DNA of 64,000 bases, taken from Burkholderiaceae bacterium. Its GTDB lineage: Bacteria > Pseudomonadota > Gammaproteobacteria > Burkholderiales > Burkholderiaceae_B. The DNA lies in contig JADZBO010000015.1 in assembly GCA_020851995.1 (NCBI GenBank), positions 83,103 to 147,102 of the forward strand, given 5' to 3'. A model generated the notes under the pieces. That model searched no databases. It was given only the letters and a program-made list of their open reading frames with translations, and was not told where the DNA came from. A program made the position numbers and the translations under genes. Positions within the stretch are counted from its first letter, which is position 1. Each line of letters begins with the position of its first letter. Positions 9,424-18,598 of the stretch are shown here, piece after piece.

Positions 9424-10707
9424 ATGAAGACAAAACGACTGTCGGTGATCGTGATTGGCCTTTTGCTGGCGGCAGTCTGCGCCTGGCTTGGGGCCAGTGT
9501 TTATCTTGGCCGCACGACGACAACCGCACTCAAGCGGGTGCTTGCGGAAACCCCGCGCCAGAACACAGTGCGTTTCGTGAACCTGCAACACCAGCAAGGG
9601 CTGTTGTCCTCCAGCGGCCAGGTGGAAATCCGCTTCAATGATCTGGGCGCCATCCCGTCGACGGGAACCCAACTCGTCGCGTTGCAGCTCGAGTACCGCA
9701 TGACCAATCTGCTTTTGCCGGCTTCTTCGATGCGCTTCGAGTGGCGCATACGCCCGGCAGGCGATGCCGGGGTCGAACTCAACCGGCTCTTTGGCTCTGA
9801 ACTTGCGCTCACTGGTGCGGGCTCGGTGGGGTACGGTGGCCTCACGCGCTCTAGCCTGGCAATGCCGGAACTTGTGCTGCGCGAGGGCAAGGATAAGCTG
9901 CAGATTTCCCCGTCATCGGGATCGATCGCGTGGGATAGGAACGCCCTGGCGCTTTCCTGGAAGACCGCGCGGATCTCGATTCGCGGGGAGGGCGCGGCGC
10001 TTGACGTGCAGGACCTGAGCTTCGACACGCAACTGACGAACTGGCGGCGTGGCACAGGCACCGTGCGCCTGGCCATCGACAAATACAGCACATCGTACGG
10101 GAGCGCGCAGGGGCTTGAGGTTCAAGCCTCCGTGCTGGAGGAGGGCGATCGCGCCGCGATTGTGGTCGTGCCGAGGCTCGCGTCGCTTGAGACGGCGGGA
10201 CATAAGCTTCGCAATGTGGGTCTTGAGCTTGCAGTGCGTGGGCTGGATCAAGCCAGTATCGATACTTTGTCTGCTGTTGCCGAGGATTCGGGTGACTTCC
10301 AGAATTTGACGGCGGATGAACGCAGGCGCGCAGCGCAAGCGATGCGCAAACTGCTGGATCGCGGCTTTGCGATCACGGTGTCGAAGCTTGCGGCCGAGAT
10401 CGGCGAGGGTGCCCTGACCGGCGATCTGCAGTTTGAAGTCAGGAAATCGGACGAGCAGGGCGCAGCGCCATTTTCGATTGCCAAGCGGATCACTTCGGCT
10501 GGCAAGCTCACTTCAACCGGCAAGGCGCTCGGTGCCATGCAAACCCGCCTGTTGGTCATGCTGGGCCTGGCGACCGATTCGCGCGAGGGTTTGCGCTCGG
10601 ATTACGAATTCAAGGACGGCAAACTGCGCGCCAACGGACGAGATTACGATCTTTCAACCGCGCTTGGACAACTTGATGCTCAGATCAATGCGGCCCTGAC
10701 GCCCTGA
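9424..10707 (+). CDS. YdgA/DUF945 family exported protein
   Basis: N-terminal anchor (VIVIGLLLAAVCAWLGASVYLG), QHQQGLLSSSGQV segment, C-terminal EFKDGKLRANG; 427 aa. Confidence 0.7.
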   Translation: MKTKRLSVIVIGLLLAAVCAWLGASVYLGRTTTTALKRVLAETPRQNTVRFVNLQHQQGLLSSSGQVEIRFNDLGAIPSTGTQLVALQLEYRMTNLLLPASSMRFEWRIRPAGDAGVELNRLFGSELALTGAGSVGYGGLTRSSLAMPELVLREGKDKLQISPSSGSIAWDRNALALSWKTARISIRGEGAALDVQDLSFDTQLTNWRRGTGTVRLAIDKYSTSYGSAQGLEVQASVLEEGDRAAIVVVPRLASLETAGHKLRNVGLELAVRGLDQASIDTLSAVAEDSGDFQNLTADERRRAAQAMRKLLDRGFAITVSKLAAEIGEGALTGDLQFEVRKSDEQGAAPFSIAKRITSAGKLTSTGKALGAMQTRLLVMLGLATDSREGLRSDYEFKDGKLRANGRDYDLSTALGQLDAQINAALTP

Positions 10708-11614
10708 CGCCCGGTTTCTTCATCACAAGGTAGATCCCGGCGGCGGTCAGTGCCATGCCTGGCCAGGCCATGACCGGCAAAGGCTCATTCAGGAAATGCC
10801 AGGCAAACACTGCCGCCGTGGGTGGCACGAGGAAAAACAGCGCTGAAACCCTGGAGGCCTCGCCCCGCCGAACCATGGCGAGCAGCAGGGTGATCGAAAT
10901 CAGCGAGTTGCAGACGATCAGATAGGCCAGTGACCAGAACAGGCCAGCGGTCCATTCGATGCGCATGGGTTCAAGCGCAAGGGCGAGTGGTGCCGTCGCC
11001 AGGAACCCGACACCGTACTGGACGATATTTGAGGTTAGCGGATGGATATCAGCGCCATGGCGCTTTTCCCACAGCGTGCCCCCTGTCATACAGAACACCG
11101 CCAGTACGGCGCAGACAAGCGCTGCGCCGGTCAGGGCAAGGCTGCTTGAGCGCGACAGGATCACGATGACCGCACCTGCTACACCCAGCAGGAGTCCAGC
11201 CCAGCGCCTGCTATCGACGCGCTCGCCCACCGTCAAGGGTGCGAGCAACCCCACCAGGATCGGTTGTTGCGATGTGATGACCGCGACTACGCCGGCCGAC
11301 ATACCCAGAGCCAGGCTCAGGTAGGTGAATGCGAAATAGCCCGCCTGCACCAGCAGCGCTACGACGGTGAGGTTGATCCAGGCGGCGCGTGTCGATGGCA
11401 AGGGAGGGCGCAGGATCAAAAAGGGCAGCGCCAGCAACAGCACCACAAGCAGGTAGCGCAGCGCCAGAAATGTGAGGGGGTCGGCGTAGGCAAGGCCGAA
11501 CTTCAGGGCGATAAAGCCCCCGCTCCACAGCACGAGGAAGATGAAGGGCGCGGCACGGAGCCAGGCCGGGTGATCGGCCGCAGGCCGCGCCACGGGAGTC
11601 GTGTCGGGGTTCAA
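10685..11614 (-). CDS. DMT/EamA family transporter
   Basis: FLVLWSGGFIALKFG, PLTFLALRY, about 10 TM segments, SRVSALFFLVPP; start uncertain (TTG 11614 chosen). Confidence 0.88.
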   Translation of the reverse strand: MNPDTTPVARPAADHPAWLRAAPFIFLVLWSGGFIALKFGLAYADPLTFLALRYLLVVLLLALPFLILRPPLPSTRAAWINLTVVALLVQAGYFAFTYLSLALGMSAGVVAVITSQQPILVGLLAPLTVGERVDSRRWAGLLLGVAGAVIVILSRSSSLALTGAALVCAVLAVFCMTGGTLWEKRHGADIHPLTSNIVQYGVGFLATAPLALALEPMRIEWTAGLFWSLAYLIVCNSLISITLLLAMVRRGEASRVSALFFLVPPTAAVFAWHFLNEPLPVMAWPGMALTAAGIYLVMKKPGVRASGPH

Positions 11615-11682
11615 GATGGTAATGTGTCCGAGTCGACCCCATCGGACAACGTGGATTCGATCTGTCTGGCGACAATCAACGC

Positions 11683-12084
11683 CTAGGCTGGTGCAAACAT
11701 AGGCACAGGCGGCCCATCCTTGTCCGTCGGCTTGAATGTCACGCGGACTTTCTGCCCGATGCGCACCGCTGCGAGGTCGCAATCGACGATCTGGGTCATC
11801 ATGGTCACGTCCTCGTCAAGCGTCACGTAGGCGATGCAATACGGATTGGGGTTGCCGCGCTGCATGACGCTCAGTGAGTAGATGGTGCCGAGACCCGTGG
11901 CTTGCTTCCAGTCGGTTTCACCGAAGCAGAACGGGCACAGTGTGCGCGGGTACCAATGCGTCTTGCCGCAGGATTTGCAGAATTTGACCATCAGCTTGCC
12001 TGCGCGCGTGCCATCCCAGAAGGGCTCGGTACCGGGTTCGATCGTGGGGGCCGGGTAGACGTTCGGTTTGTACATCATCGTCAT
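11683..12084 (-). CDS. DUF35 Zn-ribbon/OB-fold protein
   Basis: PFWDG, CKSCG...YPRTLCPFC, W-x-x-ATGLGTIYS, VRIGQKVRVTF. Confidence 0.92.
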   Translation of the reverse strand: MTMMYKPNVYPAPTIEPGTEPFWDGTRAGKLMVKFCKSCGKTHWYPRTLCPFCFGETDWKQATGLGTIYSLSVMQRGNPNPYCIAYVTLDEDVTMMTQIVDCDLAAVRIGQKVRVTFKPTDKDGPPVPMFAPA

Positions 12085-12086
12085 GG

Positions 12087-13256
12087 TTATGCTCGCTCGA
12101 GAATCAGGGTGGCACTTGCGTGGCGCGATCCCAGGAACCCACCCGTCCCGTGGGCCAGGGCGATGTCGCAGTTTTTGACCTGGACGGCGGGGTGCGCCTC
12201 GCCGCGCAACTGTCGCACGGCCTCGATGACCTTGGTCATCCCGCCGCGGTTAGCCGGGTGATTGTTGCAAAGACCGCCACCGTCCGTGTTGAAGGGTAAT
12301 TTGCCCACGCCGGAGATCAGGTTGCCGTCGGCGACGAACTTGCCACCTTCGCCCTTGGCGCAAAAGCCAAGGTCTTCAAGCTGCATCAGCACGGTGATGG
12401 TGAAGCTGTCATAGATTGACGCGTATTTGATGTCGGCGTGTGTCACGCCGGCTTCCTCGAACGCGCGTGCGCCGGAAAACCGTCCCGCGGAGTAGGTCAG
12501 GTCGACCTTGCCGCCAAGCTGTCCCTTGACGGCCTCGCCGGCCCCGCGAAGCTTGACCAGCGGGCGCTTGAGCGATTTTGCGACATCAGGGTGCGCAACA
12601 ATGAGCGCGCCGCCGCCATCGCTGACCACACAGCAGTCAAGCTTGTGGAGCGGTGTGGAAACCAACGGTGAATTGATGACGTCCTCGACGGTGACGACAT
12701 CACGCAGCATGGCATGTGGGTTGTGCTGAGCGTGATGAGAAGCTGCGACCTTGATCCAGGCGAGCTGCTCCGGCGTCGTGCCGTATTCGTACATGTGGCG
12801 CGCGGCCACCATGGCGTAGCTGTTGACGGTGACCGTGCCGAAAGGCGCTTCAAAGGGCGCATCGGGCAGATCACTGCCCCAGTTGCGTGGCTGCAGTCCG
12901 GAAGACCCGGCCGACCGGGGACGGCCCGCCAGGGTGATCAGCGCGATGCGGCATTTGCCCGCGGCGATCGCCTGCGCGGCATGCGATACGTGAATGATGT
13001 AGGACGAGCCGCCGGTCTCGGTTGAATCGACATGCCGCAGTTTGGTCAGGCCCATGTAGTCGACCATGTTGAGCATGCCCAGACCGGGGGCGTCGCCACC
13101 GCAAAAGTAGCCGTCGATGTCGCTGTGGGACAAGCCGGCATCTTCCAGCGCGCCCTTGGCGACTTCCGCGTGGAGTTGCGCGACCGATTTGTCGGGTGCC
13201 TTGCGCGTAGGGTGTTCATAGGCGCCGACGATGTAAGCTTTGTCTCGGATGGTCAT
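12087..13256 (-). CDS. Thiolase-superfamily protein (SCP2/lipid-transfer type), nucleophilic Cys apparently replaced
   Basis: HAQHNPHAM, DCCVVSDGGGALIV, IYDSFTITVLMQLEDLGFC, NTDGGGL, VIEAVRQLRGEA; coupled to DUF35. Confidence 0.88.
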   Translation of the reverse strand: MTIRDKAYIVGAYEHPTRKAPDKSVAQLHAEVAKGALEDAGLSHSDIDGYFCGGDAPGLGMLNMVDYMGLTKLRHVDSTETGGSSYIIHVSHAAQAIAAGKCRIALITLAGRPRSAGSSGLQPRNWGSDLPDAPFEAPFGTVTVNSYAMVAARHMYEYGTTPEQLAWIKVAASHHAQHNPHAMLRDVVTVEDVINSPLVSTPLHKLDCCVVSDGGGALIVAHPDVAKSLKRPLVKLRGAGEAVKGQLGGKVDLTYSAGRFSGARAFEEAGVTHADIKYASIYDSFTITVLMQLEDLGFCAKGEGGKFVADGNLISGVGKLPFNTDGGGLCNNHPANRGGMTKVIEAVRQLRGEAHPAVQVKNCDIALAHGTGGFLGSRHASATLILERA

Positions 13257-13410
13257 TGGATCGGATCTGTCGAGGTTGAGATTTTCACGGTGAGCCGTGC
13301 ACGCGCATTTTGCGCACCTAGGGTTTTAGCACCATCGCGGGGGTTGGGTTTTCACGAATGCGAAAGTCGGCCTTTTGGTTTGGATCAGGCGTGCCCGCGC
13401 ACATTGGGTG

Positions 13411-13788
13411 CTATTCGCCTGGTTTTTTCCCGGGCAGGCTTGAGAACCCCAGCAGAAGCCAACCGATCATGAGGGCTGTGCCGCCGGTGGGAGCCACTGC
13501 CACGGCCTGGTTGAACGAGAGGAGGTATTTGGCGTAGATTGCGCCGCAAAACAGCACCATCCCCGCCAATAATGCCCAGCGCGCAGCGCGCGCCGCCCAC
13601 CCGGTACAGAGTGTGGCGAGCCAGAGCACCACGGCATGGATCAGTTGGTAGGTCGAGGCACGTTCGACGGCTGCGCTTGCCAGCGGATCGGCGAGCGCGT
13701 GGGCTGCGATTGCACCGAGCGCGACTGCGCTCAGGCCTAGCAGGCTTGCAACGAAGCGCCAGGCGCGCGGGCAGGGAGGCTGTGTCAT
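13411..13788 (-). CDS. DUF423 family membrane protein
   Basis: AVALGAIAAHAL, YQLIHA, LFCGAIY, APTGGTALMIGW. Confidence 0.88.
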   Translation of the reverse strand: MTQPPCPRAWRFVASLLGLSAVALGAIAAHALADPLASAAVERASTYQLIHAVVLWLATLCTGWAARAARWALLAGMVLFCGAIYAKYLLSFNQAVAVAPTGGTALMIGWLLLGFSSLPGKKPGE

Positions 13789-13856
13789 GGGAGTGTCAGG
13801 ATGAAATCTTCACACGGGCATCGTATTATGCAGTCTTTGCAACAGGCGCATTCTCC

Positions 13857-14282
13857 ATGAAAGCGAATTGGCTCATCTGGGCATTGCCGGCAGTCCTTGC
13901 AGGATGCGGCGTGGGGCCGGGGTCGCCCGGTGAAACTTTCAAGGCACCCGTTGCCTATCAGGAAGTCTATCGTCGGGCGGTGGATCAGGCCGAGTATTGC
14001 CTGCGGGGTATCACCGGCTATCCGGTCACGGGCGGTGTCGATACTGCTGCGCGCACGTCGCAGATGTTGGTCATGGGCGATCTGGGCGGCGCCCTGACCG
14101 CAGTTGACGCGCGTGCGCTGGATGACAACTCCTCCGAAGTCTCCGTCAGGGTGGTCGGGCTGAACATCTGGGATGTCAGGGCTGCCAAGGCAATGAAAGA
14201 CGCGATTCTTTTTGGCGTTCCCGGTTGCAGCAATTACATGCCCGCAACACTTACCAATCCTCCTCGCGCGATCGTCAGATGA
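13857..14282 (+). CDS. Lipoprotein (resembles Bordetella BPTD_2524 family)
   Basis: Lipobox LAGC after a hydrophobic signal; [13 protein letters not shown]...[17 protein letters not shown]. Confidence 0.7.
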   Translation: MKANWLIWALPAVLAGCGVGPGSPGETFKAPVAYQEVYRRAVDQAEYCLRGITGYPVTGGVDTAARTSQMLVMGDLGGALTAVDARALDDNSSEVSVRVVGLNIWDVRAAKAMKDAILFGVPGCSNYMPATLTNPPRAIVR

Positions 14283-14710
14283 ACACCACCAATTTTGCCA
14301 AACCCGATGGCGTCAGCTACTTCGGCTTTGAAATCCCCTATCTTGAGCTTCTCGGGGTCGAGCCCGTGCTGTGCGAAAACGACCGCGCGGTGACCCGCTT
14401 GCGCAAGGAGCCCCGGTTGGTGAATAGCCGCGGTAATGTCCACGGCGGTGCACTCATGAGCCTGCTGGATTTCACGCTGAGCGCGGCCGGACGATCGCAC
14501 AACCCGTCGGGCGTGGGCATGGCGACGATCGACATGACCACCACCTTCATCGAACCTGGCGCCACGGATCTGGTGTGCGAGGCACGATGCTTTCGGCGCG
14601 GCTCGTCGATCGCCTTTTGCGAAGGCGAAATCCGCGACACCAATGGAAAGCTGGTGGCCAAGGCCATGGCGACGTTCAAGGTGATACCCGTCAGCCCGGG
14701 CGGTGACTGA
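14279..14710 (+). CDS. PaaI family hotdog-fold thioesterase
   Basis: [39 protein letters not shown]; ATGA overlap with the lipoprotein gene. Confidence 0.9.
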   Translation: MNTTNFAKPDGVSYFGFEIPYLELLGVEPVLCENDRAVTRLRKEPRLVNSRGNVHGGALMSLLDFTLSAAGRSHNPSGVGMATIDMTTTFIEPGATDLVCEARCFRRGSSIAFCEGEIRDTNGKLVAKAMATFKVIPVSPGGD

Positions 14711-14807
14711 GCCGAAACCGGTTCATCGAGCCTTTTTGCGGTGCAGGCTGATCCGCCGCCGGCGTGCTGAGCCGGGCTTTTGTTGGCGGCGGTTGAACCG
14801 CGCCAGG

Positions 14808-15263
14808 CTAAGCGAGTCTGGCTTTGACTTTGGCGGATAGCGCTGACATGTCCGCGCGTCCGGCGAGGGCGGGCTTGAGGATTGCCATGACTTTGCCCAT
14901 AGCCGGTGCGCCGGTAATCCCTTGTGCCTGCACCGTGGCAAACGCTGCGTCGATTGCCGCGGTGACTTCCTCGTCGCTGGCAGCCTGAGGCAAAAACTCC
15001 TTGAGAACGGCCATTTCCGTGGTTTCCTGCGCGGCGGTTTCGGTGCGCCCGGCCTGCTCGTAGGCGGCGATCGACTCGCGCCGTTGCTTGACCTGTTTTT
15101 CGATGATGGCAACGATATCGGCGTCGGTGAGGTCTTTGCGCTCGTCGACTTCCTTTTGCTTGATGGCGGCCATCAGCAGGCGCAAAGTGCCGAGCCTTTC
15201 GCTGGCCTTGTCGCGCATGGCTTGCTTGACTTCGTCGGTCAGGCGGATCTTGAGTGAAGACAT
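14808..15263 (-). CDS. yqeY: GatB/YqeY domain protein
   Basis: LKIRLTDEVKQAMR, KQVKQRRESIAAYEQAGR, MGKVMAILKPALAGRADM. Confidence 0.93.
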   Translation of the reverse strand: MSSLKIRLTDEVKQAMRDKASERLGTLRLLMAAIKQKEVDERKDLTDADIVAIIEKQVKQRRESIAAYEQAGRTETAAQETTEMAVLKEFLPQAASDEEVTAAIDAAFATVQAQGITGAPAMGKVMAILKPALAGRADMSALSAKVKARLA

Positions 15264-15362
15264 GTTGGGGTGGTTCCTGAAAGAATACAGACGATATTTT
15301 TTAGGTTTCCAGTATAAAGCGTGCCTTTTTGCGTACGCGTCTGTGCGTAGTGTCGAAGGAGG

Positions 15363-15476
15363 GCTTGCTGGTGCAATCGCGGGCAGGTGGTGTTCCGCAG
15401 GGGTTGCAGCGTAAACACTGGCTGGTGGTGTTCAGCACGTGTTTCAGTGGAAGTTTCGGCTGGTGGTGTTCAGCAC
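15363..15476. repeat. Degenerate 38-nt tandem array (x3) spanning the dnaE2 stop codon
   Basis: ggctggtggtgttcagcac identical at 15420 and 15458, 16/19 at 15382; exact 38-nt period. Confidence 0.85.
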
Positions 15477-18400
15477 ACCCAGCAAGTGGGAGTGATCCTC
15501 GAAACGCCCGGCCAGGAGGTGGCGTACGCCCTGGACGTTTTGCCAGGTGCCGATCACGGCCAGCAGCGGTGCGTGGAGTAATTCGCGCCGCTGACGCGTG
15601 GCGAGCTCTGGTCTTACGATGACGTTGACGACACCGGTCTCATCCTCGATCGTCATGAAGATCACGCCCTGCGCGGTCTGGGGACGCTGACGCATGGTGA
15701 CCAGCCCGCAGGCTCTCGCCAGACGGCCGTTCGGGCAACTGGCCAGTTGTTCGGCAGGAGCGAACCGCAGCTTTGAAAGCTGTGTTCGCAATAGCGCCAG
15801 TGGATGGCGCCCAAGGGTAAAACCCAGCCGACGATAATCGGCCACGATGTCTTGTCCCTCGGAGGGCGCGGACAGTGCCGGGAGGCTATCTTCCCGGATG
15901 GGCGCCTCGCGCAGCAGACCGCCTGAAGGCACGGCGGCAGCGGCGGTCCAGGAGGCGAGATGCCGATGCCCGGCCAACCCCTGCAATGCGCCCGCATCGG
16001 CCAACAGGTTCAGCGCGCGCTGATCCAGACTTGCGCGCAGGGCAAGATCACGGACATCGGCAAACGACGGGGGACCTGTCTGCCGGGCTTGCACGATGCG
16101 TTCGGCCCAGGCCTGGCCGAGCCCCAGGATCTGGTTCAAACCGATGCGTACGGCAGGGCGTGCCTGACCGGGCTGGGCGCGCAACTGGCATTCCCAATCG
16201 CTGTCGCGGACGTCCACCCCCAGGATGCGCACGCCATGGCGCCGCGCATCCTGGGTCAGTTGGGCCGGGGAGTAAAACCCCATGGGTTGAGCATTGAGCA
16301 GCGCGGCCAGAAATGCCTCGGGTTCGTGCCGCTTGAGCCACGCGCTGGCGTAGGCCAGTAGCGCGAAACTCGCGGCGTGGCTTTCGGGAAACCCGTATTC
16401 GCCAAAGCCTTCGATCTGGCGGAATATTGCCTCGGCGAATTCGGACGTGTATCCGTGTGCAAGCAAACCGCCGACGAGTTTGTGACGAAACTTGTCGACA
16501 CCACCCTTGCGTCGCCAGGCGGCCATGGAGCGCCTGAGTTCATCGGCCTGGCCGGCGGTGAAACCGGCCGCCACCATGGCAATCTTCATGACCTGCTCCT
16601 GAAAGATTGGCACGCCGAGTGTTCGCTCGAGCACCTGGCGCACAGACTGACTGGGGTAGGTCACGGGTTCGAGCCCCTGGCGTCTGCGCAGGTACGGGTG
16701 CACCATGCCGCCCTGAATGGGCCCCGGGCGCACGATGGCGACCTCGATGACCAGGTCGTAAAACTGCCGGGGTTGCAGACGCGGCAGCATGGTCATCTGC
16801 GCGCGCGATTCGATCTGGAATACCCCCACGGTATCGGCTGCGCAGATCATGTCGTACGTTGGCGCATCGTCATCCGGAATATCCTGAAGCCTGAATTGCG
16901 GCAAATCGCGGCGCCAGGCCACCCAGGCCAGTGCGCGCTGGATGACGCTCAGCATGCCGAGCGCCAGAACATCGACCTTGAGCAGGCCGATCGCGTCGAG
17001 GTCATCCTTGTCCCACTGCACGACGCTGCGTCCGGACATGGCGGCGTTTTCGATCGGCACCAGGCGCGATAGCAGCCCGCGCGCCAGGACAAAGCCGCCA
17101 GGGTGCTGCGACAGATGGCGCGGAAACCCCATCAGGGCCTGTGCAAGCTCTGCCCAGTGCTGGCTGACCGGCGCTTCAGGATCCAGACCGGCGCTCGTCA
17201 GCCGGCTCATGAGCGCTTGCTTGCCATCCCACCACTGGTGAGATTTGGCGACCTTTTCGATGATGTCGGCATCGATGCCGAGTGCACGCCCGGTATCGCG
17301 CAGCACGCTGCGCGGGCGGTAGGAGACGACCACGCCGGTCAGCGCAGCGCGCTGACGCCCGTAGCGCTGGTAGAGGTACTGAATGACTTCCTCGCGCCTG
17401 TGATGCTCGAAATCGACATCGATGTCGGGGGGTTCGTTACGCTCGCGACTGATGAAGCGCTCGAACAGGGCGTTGCCGTTTGCCGGATTGACCTCCGTGA
17501 TGCCCAGGCAGTAGCAGACGGCCGAGTTGGCGGCCGAGCCCCGGCCCTGGCACAGGATGCCGCGCTCGCGCGCGAAACGCACCAGGTCATAGACGGTCAG
17601 GAAGTAGGCCTGATAGCGCAACTCGTCGATGAGGTCGAGTTCATGCAGGATCTGGCGGCTCACGACATCGGGTACCCCCTGCGGGTAACGCCTGGCCGCG
17701 CCTTCCCAGGTTTGTTCGCGCAGGTAACTGGCGGGGGTATAGCCTGCGGGGACGATTTCATCGGGGTATTCGTAGCGCAGTTCATCCAGACTGAACGCGC
17801 AACGATCCGCGATGCGCACGGTTTCGGCGAGCAGCGCGGGCGGGTAGAGCTGCGCCAGGCGCACACGCGTGCGCAGATGCTGCTCGGCATTGGAGGCCAG
17901 CGCGTAGCCGCACTGCGCAACGCTTTGGCGCAGGCGAATGGCAGCCAGGACATCATGCAGCGCTTTGCGTGAGCGCCGGTGCATTTCGACCTGACCGATG
18001 GCTACGCAGGGCAGGCCGTGGCGTGCCGCGGTCTGCAGGCAGACCAGACGCAGACGTGCTTCGCCCGACCGGTGCAGGCGGCTGATTCCGACCCATGCCC
18101 GCAGGGAGAAGTGGCGTGCAAGCCAGGCGACCTGGATGTCGAGTTGTTCAGCGCTTACGCAGGCGTCGGGCACGAGGATGACCAGGCATCCCGGAGTCTG
18201 GATGAGATCGCCGGGGCGTACAAGGTATTGCCCTTTGGGTGCCCGCATGCGGGCGTGGGTGATGCGTTCGCAGAGGTTGCCGTAGCCGATGCGATCCTGG
18301 GCAAGAAGCACCAGACGAAAGGGTGTCCCGTCTTCAGGGCTTACGCGCATTTCGGTTCCGATCAGCAGCGTGATGCGCTGGGCGCGCGCCTCCGTGTGGG

Positions 18401-18593
18401 CGCGCACGATTCCCGCCATCGAGCACTCGTCGGTGATGGCGATTGCGTGATAGCCACATTGCACCGCCTGAGCGACCAGGCTTTCAGGCGATGAGGCGCC
18501 GCGCAGAAACGAAAAATGGGATATGCAGTGCAGTTCGGCGTATCCGGGCAGATTCGCGGCAGGGGCATCCGGGGCAGGGGGCGAGTCGTCCAT
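15444..18593 (-). CDS. dnaE2: Error-prone DNA polymerase DnaE2 (ImuC)
   Basis: YAELHCISHFSFLRGAS PHP start, QGRGSAANSAVCY, PPDIDVD, GYGFPESHA-like GEYGFPESHAASF, C-terminal SRNFH motif. Confidence 0.96.
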   Translation of the reverse strand: MDDSPPAPDAPAANLPGYAELHCISHFSFLRGASSPESLVAQAVQCGYHAIAITDECSMAGIVRAHTEARAQRITLLIGTEMRVSPEDGTPFRLVLLAQDRIGYGNLCERITHARMRAPKGQYLVRPGDLIQTPGCLVILVPDACVSAEQLDIQVAWLARHFSLRAWVGISRLHRSGEARLRLVCLQTAARHGLPCVAIGQVEMHRRSRKALHDVLAAIRLRQSVAQCGYALASNAEQHLRTRVRLAQLYPPALLAETVRIADRCAFSLDELRYEYPDEIVPAGYTPASYLREQTWEGAARRYPQGVPDVVSRQILHELDLIDELRYQAYFLTVYDLVRFARERGILCQGRGSAANSAVCYCLGITEVNPANGNALFERFISRERNEPPDIDVDFEHHRREEVIQYLYQRYGRQRAALTGVVVSYRPRSVLRDTGRALGIDADIIEKVAKSHQWWDGKQALMSRLTSAGLDPEAPVSQHWAELAQALMGFPRHLSQHPGGFVLARGLLSRLVPIENAAMSGRSVVQWDKDDLDAIGLLKVDVLALGMLSVIQRALAWVAWRRDLPQFRLQDIPDDDAPTYDMICAADTVGVFQIESRAQMTMLPRLQPRQFYDLVIEVAIVRPGPIQGGMVHPYLRRRQGLEPVTYPSQSVRQVLERTLGVPIFQEQVMKIAMVAAGFTAGQADELRRSMAAWRRKGGVDKFRHKLVGGLLAHGYTSEFAEAIFRQIEGFGEYGFPESHAASFALLAYASAWLKRHEPEAFLAALLNAQPMGFYSPAQLTQDARRHGVRILGVDVRDSDWECQLRAQPGQARPAVRIGLNQILGLGQAWAERIVQARQTGPPSFADVRDLALRASLDQRALNLLADAGALQGLAGHRHLASWTAAAAVPSGGLLREAPIREDSLPALSAPSEGQDIVADYRRLGFTLGRHPLALLRTQLSKLRFAPAEQLASCPNGRLARACGLVTMRQRPQTAQGVIFMTIEDETGVVNVIVRPELATRQRRELLHAPLLAVIGTWQNVQGVRHLLAGRFEDHSHLLGVLNTTSRNFH

Positions 18594-18598
18594 TGCGG

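Noticed and set aside
13539-14282. Extended N-termini in the ORF track (also 3329, 21685, 32546, 34271, 49015, 53146)
   Set aside because: Upstream in-frame starts overlap other genes or leaders; motif and RBS positions support the shorter starts used.
15363-15476. CRISPR array interpretation of the 19+19 repeat
   Set aside because: Repeat and spacers are too short, the spacers resemble each other, one repeat is dnaE2 coding sequence, and no cas genes or leader are visible.
17103-17972. 289-aa plus-strand ORF and similar ORFs opposite dnaE2/imuB
   Set aside because: Antisense shadows without RBS or motifs.
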